Assembly (NCBI GenBank): GCA_009914755.4
Contig: CP086569.2
Span: 18,432,001-18,496,000 of the forward strand
Source of the DNA: the human T2T-CHM13v2.0 reference genome, Homo sapiens
Length of the DNA: 64,000 bases
Reading direction: 5' to 3'
Both the position numbers and the translations under genes were made by a program. The stretch's first letter is position 1, and each line of letters starts with the position of its first letter. This document shows positions 27,647 through 40,160 of this stretch, in pieces. The notes beneath the pieces were generated by a model. The model worked only from the letters and a program-made list of their open reading frames with translations, was not told where the DNA came from and did not search any database.

Positions 27647-30600
27647 TTGTGAAGATAAACTTTTGATTAGAAAACTTATAAAGGCAAAAAATGTGTTTTA
27701 ATTTTTTTAAGTTACTTAAGGTTTCAAATTGAAGAAGTAAAAAATAGATACAACTAGATAAATAGAGAAAGTTGGGGGAAAATCTAAAGCATAGGCTCAC
27801 AAAAATCTGGGATTCAAAGATGACACATTTGATAAATTTATTTATAAAATTTTATTAAATGAACTTCAGAGGCCTGGTGTGGTGGGTCACTCCTGTAAAT
27901 AATAAAATTTTCTTGTCAACTGTGTCTATGAAAATTTAAAATCATTTCTACAGTAAATTGCTTAATTGTGAGGCATTTCAAATTCTGAAAACTTTACAAG
28001 CTTGCAAAATTATAGAATACTGTATCTTTAAGGAGTTTCATGAAAGGATGGAAAAGGTCCTGAGAAGTATTCTTGAATACAGATTTTTGACAACGTTAGA
28101 ATCATATCATTTGAACAGGGTAAGAATTCCCAGAACTTTAATGAAGACTGATTGGTTTATAAAACTACTACAGCAAACAGAGTAAAAATCAATTGAATAC
28201 CAAGAAAATAGTTTGTCAGATTTTCATGCCAAATCAGCCAGTACTTAAATTGTCTAGATAAAGTATTTGAATGAACTCTATATTCCAAGTCAAATTATCT
28301 ATGATAATCCCTGATTAGTCACTGTTATGCACCTAAGTTGAAGAAACAGTCCAATGTTAAACGTACAGAACCAGGACATCTTCTACGTCCTTCCTGGTTC
28401 TGAAAGCTTTTCTTATTGAAAGTTCTTCATTCTGATTCTTGGCTGCAAAGGTAACACAAGATGGCAGAAAGAAGGCTCCACTGATCTTCCCTCCTGCAAG
28501 GACACCAGATGCACAACTATTAACGTCTACATAGAAAATACATTCATAAGAACCAAAAATCAGTTGAGTACTCAAAGTACCTGGTTTTAACTTCATATCA
28601 CTGAAAGAGGCACCATTTCCTCACCACCAGCAGTGATGGCGTGGTGCAGAGATCAACTCTGGGTTCTGCAGGAGGGAGAACACAGAAATTTTAAGACATT
28701 GAACTCTGTGCTGCCCTGTTAGACCAGAAAGGAAAACCAAACCAAATGCAGCTAAAGCCCATCCACAGAGGGATTATTTAAACCAGCCCTGGCCAGAGGG
28801 GAATGAGATTTCGGTGGTTGGAACTTGAGCATTTGGAAATCTGGGTACTGAGGGCTCCAGAGCTCCATGTATCTAAGAAAACTTGAAAGGCAGCCTAGGC
28901 CATCAGGACTGCAACTCTTAGGTGAGGCCTAGGGCTGAACTGGACCCAGGAACAGTCAACTAAGGTGGGAGGTCATGCAACATACTGAGACACCAGCTGG
29001 GGCAGCCAAAGGGGTTCTGGAATTATCACTCTCCTAATACCAGGCTGCACAGCTTATAGCTCCAAAAGGGACCCCATCCTTCTGCTTGAGGAGAGGAGGA
29101 AAAAGAGTAGGGAGGACTTTGTCTTCCATCCTGGATACCAGCTCAACCACAGCAAGATAGTGCACTGGTCAGAGTCCTGAGTCCTCCTTTCCAGGCTCTG
29201 GCTCCTAGACATTCCAAGACACACCCCGGGCCAGAAGGAAACCTGCTGCCTTGAAGGAAAGAACCCAGTGCTGGCAGCATTTATCACCTGCAAACTTAAC
29301 AACCTTTGGGCCCTGAATAACCAGCAGCCATACCCAGATACTACATCAAGAGGCTTGTGTGAGCCTCATAGACTTACTAGATTTAGGTGAGATTCAGCAC
29401 ATTACAAGCTGTGGTATCTAAGGGGCAAAACTCCTTTTGCTTGGGAAAGGCAGAGGGAAAAGTAAAGGGGACTTTTTCATGCCACTTAAGTACCGGCAAG
29501 GCCAGAGGTGGGTAGAGCACCAAGAAAGGTTTTGGGATCCCTGATTCTAGGACTTGATTCTTGGTTGGCATATATGAACCTGCCCAGGGCCAGTGGGGAG
29601 ACCAGTGGCCTGAAAACGGCAAGTCCCAGTCCAGGCAATATTCATCACAAGCGGAAAAGAGGATTTGGGCCTTAAAGGAACAAAGGTGGTAACATGGCAG
29701 TACTCCTTGTGGCCTGGGGTGCTTGGGGCTACTCTGCCTTTGGAAAAGGAAAGGAGGTAATAGGAAGGGCTGTGTCTTGTGGTTTGAATGCCAGCTCAGC
29801 TGGAATGCAATAGAATGTCCGGTGGACTTCTGAAATTTTTGACTTTACTCCCTGACTTCCGAATGGCACTTCTGGACCCAGCCAGGGACTGAGGAAACTC
29901 GCTGCCCTGAAGGAAAGAGCACAGATATGGCTGGCTTTGCCACCTGCTAATTGCAGAGACCAAAGGCCTTGAGTGAACATAGACAGTTGTCAGAAAGTGC
30001 GTGCAGCAGGACTTGAGCAAGACCCGGTGCTATGCCAGCTTCAGGTCTGACCCAGGGCAGCCAGTGGTGGCGGCCAGGGGTGCTCGTGTCATTCTCCTCC
30101 CAACTTTAGGTGGCTTAGAATAGAGAGAAAGACTCTGTATCTTTGAGGGAAAATAAGGTTAGAGAACAAGAGTCTCTGGCTACTAATCCAGAAAATTTTC
30201 CTGGATATTGTCCAAGACTGTCAAGGTGGTACATCAATGAGACTGCAAAAATTACAGCACTATTGGGTATACGGTGCCCCCTAAAGCAGATATGGCTTAG
30301 ATCACAACACCTGCCTTTTCAAATATGTGGAAATCCTTCCCAAGAAAGATAGCTACGAATAACCCCACACAGTGAAGTCTACAATTAATGCTCATCTTTT
30401 TTTTAAAAAAAATCTTTTTTTCACATCTTATGTGGTGCTGCATGCCAAAGTTTTAATGTCCAGACACTGAAGAACATCTGCTAGCATTGTCACCATCCAG
30501 GAAAACATGACCTCACAAAGTGAATGAAGTAAGGCATCAGCGACAAATCCTGGAGAAAAAGAGATATGTAATCTTTCAGACAGAAAATTCAAAATAGCTG

Positions 30601-31438
30601 TATTTTTAAAAACTCACAGAAATCTAAGATAACAAAGTAAAGAAATTCCAAATTTTATCAGCTAAACTCAACAAAGAGATTGAAATAGTTACAACAAATT
30701 AAGCAAAAATTCAGGAGCTGGAAAATGCAACTGGCATGCTGAAGAATGCATTAAAGCCATTTAACAGCAGAATGGATCCAGCAGAAGAAATGGTGAACTT
30801 GAAGACAGGCTATGTGAAAATATATATTTAGAAGAGACAAAAGAAAAAGAATAAAAACAACAAATAATGCCTACAAGATCTGGAAAATAGCCTCACAAAG
30901 ATAGGCCTAAGAGTTATTGGTTTTAAAGAAGACGTATAGAAAGAGACAGGGATAGGAAAATTTATTCAAAGGGATAATAATAGAAAACTTCCAAACCTAG
31001 AGAAAGATATCCAAATCCAATCACAGAAATATTATAGAACATTAAACAGATTAAATTCTAAAAAGACTACTTCAAAACATTCCATAGCCAGTTTTCAAAA
31101 AGTCAAAGAAAAAGAAAAGTTCTAAAAAAGAAAGACAAAAGAAAGAAATAATATACAGGAGAGCTCCAACACATCAGGCAGCAGACTTTACAGAGGAAAC
31201 CCTGCCGGCCAGGAGAAAGAAGCAATAAATATTTAAAGCACTAAAGAAAATAGCTTTACCTTAGAATAGCATATACAGCGAAAATGTCCTTCAAATAATA
31301 AGAAGAAATACTGACTTTTCCAGACAAACAAAAGTTGAAGGATTTCATCAATACCATGACTGTCCTACAAGGAATGCTGAAGGGAGTACTTCAATCAGGA
31401 AGAAAAGGACATTAATGAGCAAGAAATAATCAACTGAA

Positions 31439-31441
<3 letters not shown>

Positions 31442-31473
<32 letters not shown>
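31442..31473 (+). repeat. Poly(A)32 tract inside the L1 inter-ORF region
   Basis: aaggt followed by 32 A residues. Confidence 0.95.
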
Positions 31474-31476
<3 letters not shown>

Positions 31477-31607
31477 TCATTGATAATGGTAACTATACAA
31501 AATAAAACAATATTATAACACTATAGCTGTGGTGTGTAAACTACTCATTCTAAGTAGGAAGACTGAATAATAAACCAAACAAAAGTAATAACTACAAGAA
31601 CGTTTCA

Positions 31608-32517
<910 letters not shown>

Positions 32518-33329
32518 GTCCTCCCCCTCCCTCCCTCTTTCCCCCTTTTGTCGCCATGCTTCACAAACTTCCCCTAACTCTGCTCCCACTTTTCCTCTCA
32601 CCTGCGGCCCCAAAGCAACCCGGGACCTCCTCGTGGGGTTCCACCGCTGCAGCACCGCCAGGCAACAGCATCCCACATCCTCCTTCTTGCTGCAGCCCCA
32701 CCAGGTGCCCGGCTCCAGCCGTGGCAGGACGGTATATGTTCCCTGAGGTGACCCGTGTCTTCACGCTCCCGGGACGCCCAGGCAATTCAATTTACTCATC
32801 TGGCACCATGCAATAGTTCAAGCCGGTGGGGGAAGTGGCGGCCAGGGACAGAGGTCCCACAGACACCATCCAAAACCTCTGCTCCTGGACCTATGGGCTG
32901 CTTTCCCCAGGGGAAGGACATTGCCTTCGCCAGTCACGAGGCAATCCGTCTCTGTGCACCCGGATTCCCATTGGCACCGTCTTCGTGTCAACTCCAGTCC
33001 TGAGGACACGAGAGAGACCCAGGCCTCGGCCCGGTCGGCACGCTCTGCGCCAGGGCTCCCACCAGAGGGAAGGACGCACTCTCCAAATCTCGGTGCCCAC
33101 TGCACCAAGAAGATAGGGAGTAGCCAACAAAAGGACCCTATGAAACGCACCCCAAAAGCAAGCAACCAATCCAAGCAAAAATACGTCTCAGGGTTCTGTT
33201 GGTCCTCTTGCATGGGCGGCCTGCCCACCTGTTCCCGCCAGGCTCAAGCACCCTCCACCCTACCCCTGCTGGAAGGAGCCCTGTCTACGAGAGCAGAGAG
33301 CTCCCTCTCCCAGGCTTTAATGCTCTGGC

Positions 33330-33510
33330 TCTCTAGTTCTGTCACCCTCTCTCTATTTCTCTCCTGCTCCCTCCATCTCATGCTCTTTCTGTCACCTTCT
33401 CTCTCTTTCTTTCTCCCTCTCATTCCTGTCTCTCTCTCTCTCTCTAGCTCTCTCTCCCTCAGTTTCTATCTCTCCATCCCTCTTTCCCTTGATCTCCTTC
33501 AAGCTGTCTA
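33330..33510 (+). repeat. Pyrimidine-rich (CT)n/(TC)n low-complexity tract inside 5S unit 1
   Basis: ctctctctatttctctcctgctccctccatctc...tctctctctctctctagctctctctccctc. Confidence 0.8.
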
Positions 33511-33935
33511 TCTGTATCTTTGTGTATCTGTGTGTGTCTCTGTGTGCCCGCGAGCGTGCATCCATGTGTGTCTGTGGGGGTGGGGGTGGGTTTCTTCTTG
33601 GTGCTGGTGAGGTGTGTCTGGCTGTCCATCAGCCTCTCTCTCCCGCAATCAGTCGGCTAGCTCCAGTGGCAGCGCGGGGCAAAGCAGCTCCCCCCACTCA
33701 CTTGGCCATGGGCCATGTCCTTGTCCGGACAAGCGACCCTGTTAGGGACGTTGTAAGAGAAAGGGCCCATGGGGCTAGGCCACCTGTTCACCCTTGAGCA
33801 GCCCTGGCAGCACTGGGTGGGTGAGGAGAGAGGGGGCCTTGCAGGAGGGGCGGCGAGGGAACCAAAACAATCCCTCCGTGGCAAGGAGGACAGAAGGGTA
33901 TCCCTGACTCCTGGGAGCACAAGCTCAGCAAGCCC

Positions 33936-34930
33936 GATGTGGTGGAAGCTTGGGAGTTCATGAGCCTGGGGAAGCCCTGAAGCGTCGGAGGAATGGAGAC
34001 CAACCAGAGAGCCCGAAGTCTGTGCAGCGGATGGACACCTCTGGCGTCCTCACTCAGCAGCAGGGCGGCGCCGAGATGGTCCAGTGCATGGCCTTGTCTG
34101 CTATGGCTGGAGCCCCTTGGAAGCCGGCAGAAGGTGCAGCGCGGTGGCCCACAGTGCTCCGGCGTGGAGGGGGAGAGCAGCCGAGCAGCAGGCGAGGAGT
34201 GGCTTAGAGTTGTCCCGATCCAAGCCGCGTGGCTTTGGAGTGGCGGTAATGCCTGGAGTCTGGCGGGCATGGTGGGCCAGGCTCTTGTGTCAGCCAGGTA
34301 TCACTGCGGGTGTCTAAGGCCTTACCGCCCTGAGACACCTGATCTCTGGCCTGTGACGCTAAGCAGGGTGGGGCCTGGTTCAGTACTTGGAAGAGAGACC
34401 GCCTGGGAATACAAGGTGCTGTAGGCTTTTGGCTTCCCGCTCCCTCTTTCTCCCTTTTGTGCCCTACTTCCCAACCACTCCCTGACTCTGCTACCCATTT
34501 TCCACCTGCCTGCGTCCCCACCGCACACCAGGACCTCCTCGTACACCGCCGGGCAGCAGCATCCCACCTCTTCTGCCTTGCTGCAGCTCCACAAGGTCCC
34601 CAGCTCTAGGCAGGGCGGGGCAGGCCAGCACCAGACCCCAAAGGCGCAGGCCCAGGTTCCCTGCCATGCTGGTTGTCTTCCTGCTCCAGGAAGGCCTAGG
34701 TAATTTAATTCACTCATCTGGCGCCGCCGCAAACGCCCGAGGCTGGGGAAGGGGTGGGCAGGGGCAGAGGGTCCCACAGACGCCAGCCAAGACCTCCTCC
34801 AGAACGCACGGGCTGCTTTTTCCAGGGAAGAACATTGCCTTTGCCAGCTACCAGGGAAACATCCTTGTGAACCCGGATTCCCATGGCCACCAACTTCGTG
34901 TAAACTCCTGTTGTGAGGACACGAGAGACA
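33936..34930 (+). repeat. 5S rDNA-derived repeat unit 2 (truncated after about 1 kb, where the satellite array begins)
   Basis: See unit 1. Homology to unit 1 runs from 33940 through ..gacacgagagacacccaggcctcagg (34915–34940). Confidence 0.7.
34312..34430 (+). pseudogene. 5S rRNA-like gene copy 2 (about 85% identity to canonical 5S; probable pseudogene)
   Basis: gtctaaggccttaccgccctgagacacctgatctctggcctgtgacgctaagcagggtggggcctggttcagtacttggaagagagaccgcctgggaatacaaggtgctgtaggctttt. Upstream gccaggctcttgtgtcagccagg parallels copy 1. It lies 1910 bp downstream of copy 1. Confidence 0.85.
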
Positions 34931-35190
34931 CCCAGGCCTCAGGCAAGGATTCCCTGGCTTGCACCCAGGGTGCCTGTCTCACCCACGGGGGCACCCTAAA
35001 GTGTCAAGAAGGCAGCGGGGGATGGGAGCTGGCTTTAAAGGGGACGTTGAGGCAGTCCGTGGAAAAACTTCTCAGGGAAGACAGTGCATTCCGGGCAGCC
35101 CCTGCGGCGGGCTGGGGGGCCCTGGAGTCCCTGTCTTGCACAAAGGTTGTGTGTCTCGCCCTCAGGGGGCACCCCATAGCAACAACAATT
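34930..35190 (-). repeat. Inverted block 1 of the satellite (about 1.3 monomers in reverse orientation)
   Basis: ccctggcttgcacccagggtgcctgtctcacccacgggggcaccc and gccctggagtccctgtcttgcacaaaggttgtgtgtctcgccctcagggggcacccc are the reverse complement of the monomer anchor. Confidence 0.75.
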
Positions 35191-37604
35191 CCCCTGGGGA
35201 AAAGTACCCCGCTTGAAAGACACGCCCCCTGGGTGCAAGCCAGGGACTCCACGACCACCCCGAGTCCGGCACAGACACTGCCGGGAAGGCACTGTTCTCC
35301 ATGGGATTGTTTTCCCTCCCGACTGCCTCAACGTCTCCTTTCAAGCCTGGCCTCCTGTTCCCTTCCCCCGCAGGTATTCATGCTGCCTTGGGGTGGCCCC
35401 CGTGGGCGAGACTCTTACCCTGGGTGCAAGCCAGGGACTCCATGAAACCCTCGGCCCGGCGCAGGGGCCGCCAGGAAGGCACTGTCGTCCGTGGGAGAAT
35501 CCCAGCCTCGAGGTTGTTTTCCCCGGGCTGCCTCAATGTCCCCCTTGAAGCCTGAAGTGCTGTCCCCTTCCCCCAGGGGACTACTTGCCGCTTTGGGGTG
35601 CACTTAGTGGGAGAGACACGCACCCTGGGAGGAAGCCAGGGACTGCCGGGAAGGAATTGCCATCATGGGAGGAAACCGGCTGGCCGCATTTTTCGCCGTG
35701 CTGCCTCAGCGTCCTCTTTAAAGCCTGGCGTCTTGTTCCCTTCCCTGGGAGGCCTTCTTACCACTTTGGGGTGCCCCTGTGGGAACGACACGCACCATGG
35801 GTGCAAGCCAGGGACTACACGATCCCTCCGGGCCCAGCGCAGGGGTTGCCGGGAAGGCTCTGTCGTGCGTGGGAAGACACCATCCCTCCTCTTTTTTTCC
35901 CGTACTGCTTCAACTATGCCTTTCAACCCTGATGTCCTGTGCCCTTCCCCCGGTGGCCTTCTTGCCTCTTTGTGGTGCGCCCCGTGGGTGAGACATGCAA
36001 GCTGGGTGCAAGCCAGGGACTCCACGCAGCTCCTGGGCCCACCGCAGAGGCTGCCGGGAAGGCAATGTCGTCCATGAGCGGACCCCAGTATCCCCGCTTT
36101 TTTCCCCGGGGCTGCCTGAACGTCCCCCTTCAAGCCTGACGTGCTGTACCCTTCCCCGGGGAACATTCTTTTCGCTTTGGGGTGCCCCCCATGGGGGAGA
36201 CACTCACCCTGGGTGCAAACCAGGGAATCAACAACCATCCCCATGCAGGGCAAAGGGGCTGCCAGAAAGGCACTGTCATCCGTGGGAAGTTTTTACCCCG
36301 GACTGCCTCAACGTCCCCTTTCAAGCCCGGCGTCCCGTTTCCTTCCCCCGGAGGCCTTCTTGAGGCTTTGAGGTGTCCCCCGTGAGTGCGACATGCACCC
36401 TGGGTGCAGCCAGGGACTCCACGACGACCCCGGGCCTGGTGCAGGGACTGCCGGAAAGGCACTGTCGTCTGTGGGACGTCCGCGGCCCGCTGCTTTTTTC
36501 CCCGTGCTACCTCAACGTTCCGTTTCAGGCCTGGCGCCCTCTTCCCTTCCAACAGAGGCCTTCTTGGTGCTTTGGGGTGCTTCCCGTGGAAGCGACACGC
36601 AACCTGGGTGCAAGCCAGCGACTCCAGAACCCCACTGGGCAGGGCGAGAGGCTGCCGCGAAGGCACTGTCGTTCGAAGGACCCTGGCTTACTGCTTATTT
36701 CCCTGGATTGCCTCAAAGTCCCCTTTTAAGCCTAACATCCTGTCCCCTTCCCCCGGGGACCTTCTTGCCTCTTTGGGGTGCCTCCTGAGGGCGAGATGCA
36801 CACTCTTGAGTACAAGCCAGGGACTCTACGACACCGCCAGGACCGGCGCAGGGCTGTCGGGAAGGCACTGTTATCCCTGGGATCACCTCAGCCTCGCCGC
36901 TTTTTTCTCTGGGCTACCTAAAGGTCCCCGTTCAAGGCTGATTTCCTGTTGCCTTCCACTGGGGGACTTTTACTGCTTTGGGGTGCTCACTGTGGGCGCG
37001 ACACGCACCCCAGGTGTAGGCCAGGGACTCCACGACCACCCCGGGCCCGGTGCAGGGGCTGCTGGGCAGACACGGTTGTCCTTGGGTGGACACTGGACCG
37101 CCGCTTTTTTCCGGGACTGCCTCAACTAAACTTTTCAACCCTGGCGTCTGGTACCCTTCCCCCGGGGCCTCCTTGATGCTTTGTGGTGCCACCCCTGGGC
37201 GAGACACACACCCGGGATGCAAGCCAGGGACGCCAAGACCTCCCCGGCCCAGCGAATGGGCAGCCAGGAAGGCACTGTCGTCCGTGGGAGAACCAGCGTC
37301 ACGGTTTTTTACCCTAGGCTACCTCAACGTCCCCCTTCAAGTCTGACGTGCTGTCCCCTTCCCCTGGGGGCCTGTTTGAAGCTTTGGGGTGCCTCCCGTG
37401 GGCGAGACACGCATCCTGGGTGCAAGACAGGGACTCCACGCTCCCCCAGGGCCCTACGCATGGGCTGCCAGGAAGGCACTGTCATCCATGGGAGGAACCC
37501 GGCTAGCCTCTTTTCTCTCCGTGCTGCCTCAGCGTCCCCATTAAAGCCTGTCTTCCTGTTCCGTTCCCCCGGAGGCCTACTTGCGACTTTGGGGTGCAAC
37601 CCCT

Positions 37605-38090
37605 TTGCCGGACACGGAGGGGTTGTTGAGTCCCAGTCTTACACCCAGGGGCCCATGGGGGGCACCCCAAAGCAGCGAGTAGCTTCTCAGGGGAAGGAGA
37701 CAGCACGTCAGGTTCGAAGGTGGACGTTGAGGCAGCCTGGGGAATAAAGAGGGGATGCTGGGGTTCTGCCATGGATAACACGGTCTTCCAGGCAGCCTCT
37801 GCGGTGGGTCTGGGAATATCGTGGAGTCCCTGGCTTGCACGCAAGGTGCCTGTCTCGCCCACAGGGGGCACCACAAAGCGGCAAGAAGGCCACCGTGGGA
37901 AGGATATGGGACGCCAGGGTTGAAAGGGATAGCCGAGTCAGTCCGGGGAAAAACGCCGCGGACTAGGGTCGTCTGAGGGCAGACAGTGCCTTGCCGGCAG
38001 CCCCTATGTTGGGCCGGGGTGGTCTTGGAGTCCCTGGCTTGTACCGAGGGTGCTGGTCGCGCCCATGGGGGCACCCCATGTCTAAGCGCG
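37605..38090 (-). repeat. Inverted block 2 of the satellite (about 2.3 monomers in reverse orientation), bounded by head-to-head and tail-to-tail palindromic junctions
   Basis: 37590–37680: ..ctttggggtgcaacccc | tttgccggacacgg..gggggcaccccaaagc. 38040–38110: ggagtccctggcttgtaccgagggtgctggtcgcgcccatgggggcacccc | atgtctaagcgcgacacgcacgctgggtgcaagtgagggactcc. Confidence 0.8.
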
Positions 38091-40025
38091 ACACGCACGC
38101 TGGGTGCAAGTGAGGGACTCCACGATTCCCCGGGGCCAGGCGCAGGGGCTGCCAGGAACGCAATGTCATCCATGGGATGACCCCGGCCAGCCGCTTTTCC
38201 TCCAGGGCAGCCTCAATGTCTCATTTAAAGCCTAGCTGCCTGTTCCCTTTCCCCGGGGGCCTTCTTTCCGCTTTGGGGTGCCCCCCATGGGGAAGAAGCG
38301 TATCCTGTGTGCAAGACAAGGACTCCACGACTCCCCCGGGCCCAGCGTAGGGGCTGCCGGGAAGGCACGACTGCCGGGAAGGCACTATCGTCCGTGGGAG
38401 GACCCCGGCCACCCGCGTTTTTCTCCGTGCCGCCTCAACGTTCCATTTCAAGCCTGGCGTCATGTTTCCTTCCCCTAAAGTCCTTCTTGCCTCTGGGGTG
38501 CCTCCCGTGGAAGAGAAGCGCACTCTAGGTGCAAGCCAGGGACTCAACAACACACACGGGTTCAGCGCAGGGGCTGCTGGGAAGACACTGTCGTCTGTGG
38601 GACTACCCTAGCCTCGCCGCTGTTTTCCCCAGGCTGCGTGAACGTATCCTTCAAGCCTGACATGCTGTCCCCTTCTCCCGCGGGCCTTTTTGCCGCTTTA
38701 GGGTGCTCCGCGTGGGCGCGACACGCAGCCTGGGTGCGAGCTAGGGACTCCACGTCCCCCACCCCCATGTTTCGGCGCAGCGGAGACCGGGAAGGCACTG
38801 TCAACCGTGCGGTGACTCTGACCCGCCGCTTTTTTCCCCGTGCTGCCTCATCGTCCGGTTTCAAGCCTGGCGTCCTGTTCCATTCTTTCAGAGGTTTTCT
38901 TGCCGCTTTGGGGTGCCTCCCCCGTGGGCACGACACATACCCTGGGTGCAAGCCAGGGACTACACGACTTCTCCGGGCGTGATGCAGAGGCTGCCATGAA
39001 GGCACAGTCCTCCGTGGAAAGTTTTTCCCGGTACTGCCTCAACGTCCCCTTTCGTTTCACTGGAGGCCTTCTTGCCACTTTGGGGCGCCCAGCGTGGGCG
39101 CAACACGCACATTAGCTGCAAGCCAGGGACTCCACGACCACCCCAAGCCCGGCGCAGGGTCTGCCGGGAAGGGACTGTCATCGGTGGGAGGACTGCGGCC
39201 CACCGCTTTTTTCCCCGTGCTGCCTCAATGTCCCCTTTCAAGCCTGGCATCATGTTCCCTTCCCCCACAAGCATTCTTGCCACTTTGGGGTTCCCCCGTG
39301 GGTGCGACACTCACCCTGGGTGCAAGCTAGGAACTCCATGACCGTCCCGGGCCAGGCACACGGGCTGGGGAAACGCACGGTTGTCTGTGGGAGTAAACCG
39401 GCCTGCTGCTTTTTCCCTCGTGCTTCCTCAACGTCCCCTTTCAAGCCTGGCGTCCTGTTTCGTTTTCCCGCAGGCCTACTTGCCGCTTTGGCGTGTCCCC
39501 ACTAGATGCGACACGCACCCTGGGTGCAAGCCAGGGACTTCACGACTTCCCCTGGCGCGGTGTTGGGGGGGCTACTGAAAAGGCACTGTAGTGCGCGGGA
39601 AGTTTTTCCCCAGCGTGCCTCAACGTCGCCTTACAGGCCTGGCATCCTGTTTCCTTCCCCGTGGGCCTTCTGGCCGCTTTGGGGTGTCCCTCTTCGGCCA
39701 GACACCCATCCTGGGTGCAAGCCTGGGACTCCGCGACCACCCGGTCCCGGCGCAGGGGCTGATGTTAAGTAAGGCACTGTCGTTCATGGTAGGACCCCAG
39801 CCTCGCCGCTTCTTTCCTCGGACTAACTCAACGTCCCCCTTCAAGCTTGATGTGCTGTCCCTTTCCCCCCGCCCCGGGGGCCTTCTTGTCGCTTTGGGGA
39901 GCCCCAGTGGGCGAGACACGCACCCTGGGTGCAAGCCAGGGACTCCACCATTTTCCCGGGCCAGGTGCACGCGCTGCCGGGAAGGCACTGTTGTTCATGG
40001 GAAGACCCCAGCCTCTACGCTGCAC

Positions 40026-40160
40026 CCAGGGAAGTCGTGGAGTCCCTGGCTTGCATCCAGGCTGAGTGTCGCGCCCACGGGGGGCACCCCAAAGCGGCAA
40101 AGAAGGCCTCCGGGGGAAGGAAGTTGGATGCCAGGCTTGTAAGGAGAGATCAACGGGGAA
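40026..40160 (-). repeat. Inverted block 3: in-situ inversion of about 135 bp within one monomer
   Basis: ..cctctacgctg | cacccagggaagtcgtggagtccctggcttgcatcc...ggggaaaaaagcggcg | aagccagggactcaatgac. The breakpoints sit in short cgccgc/gcggcg inverted motifs. Confidence 0.75.

Noticed and set aside
37700-37712. ggttcgaagg motif resembling a tRNA B-box within an inverted satellite monomer.
   Set aside because: It is a single near-match with no A-box at the proper spacing and no cloverleaf-capable flanks. It is a chance occurrence in GC-rich DNA.
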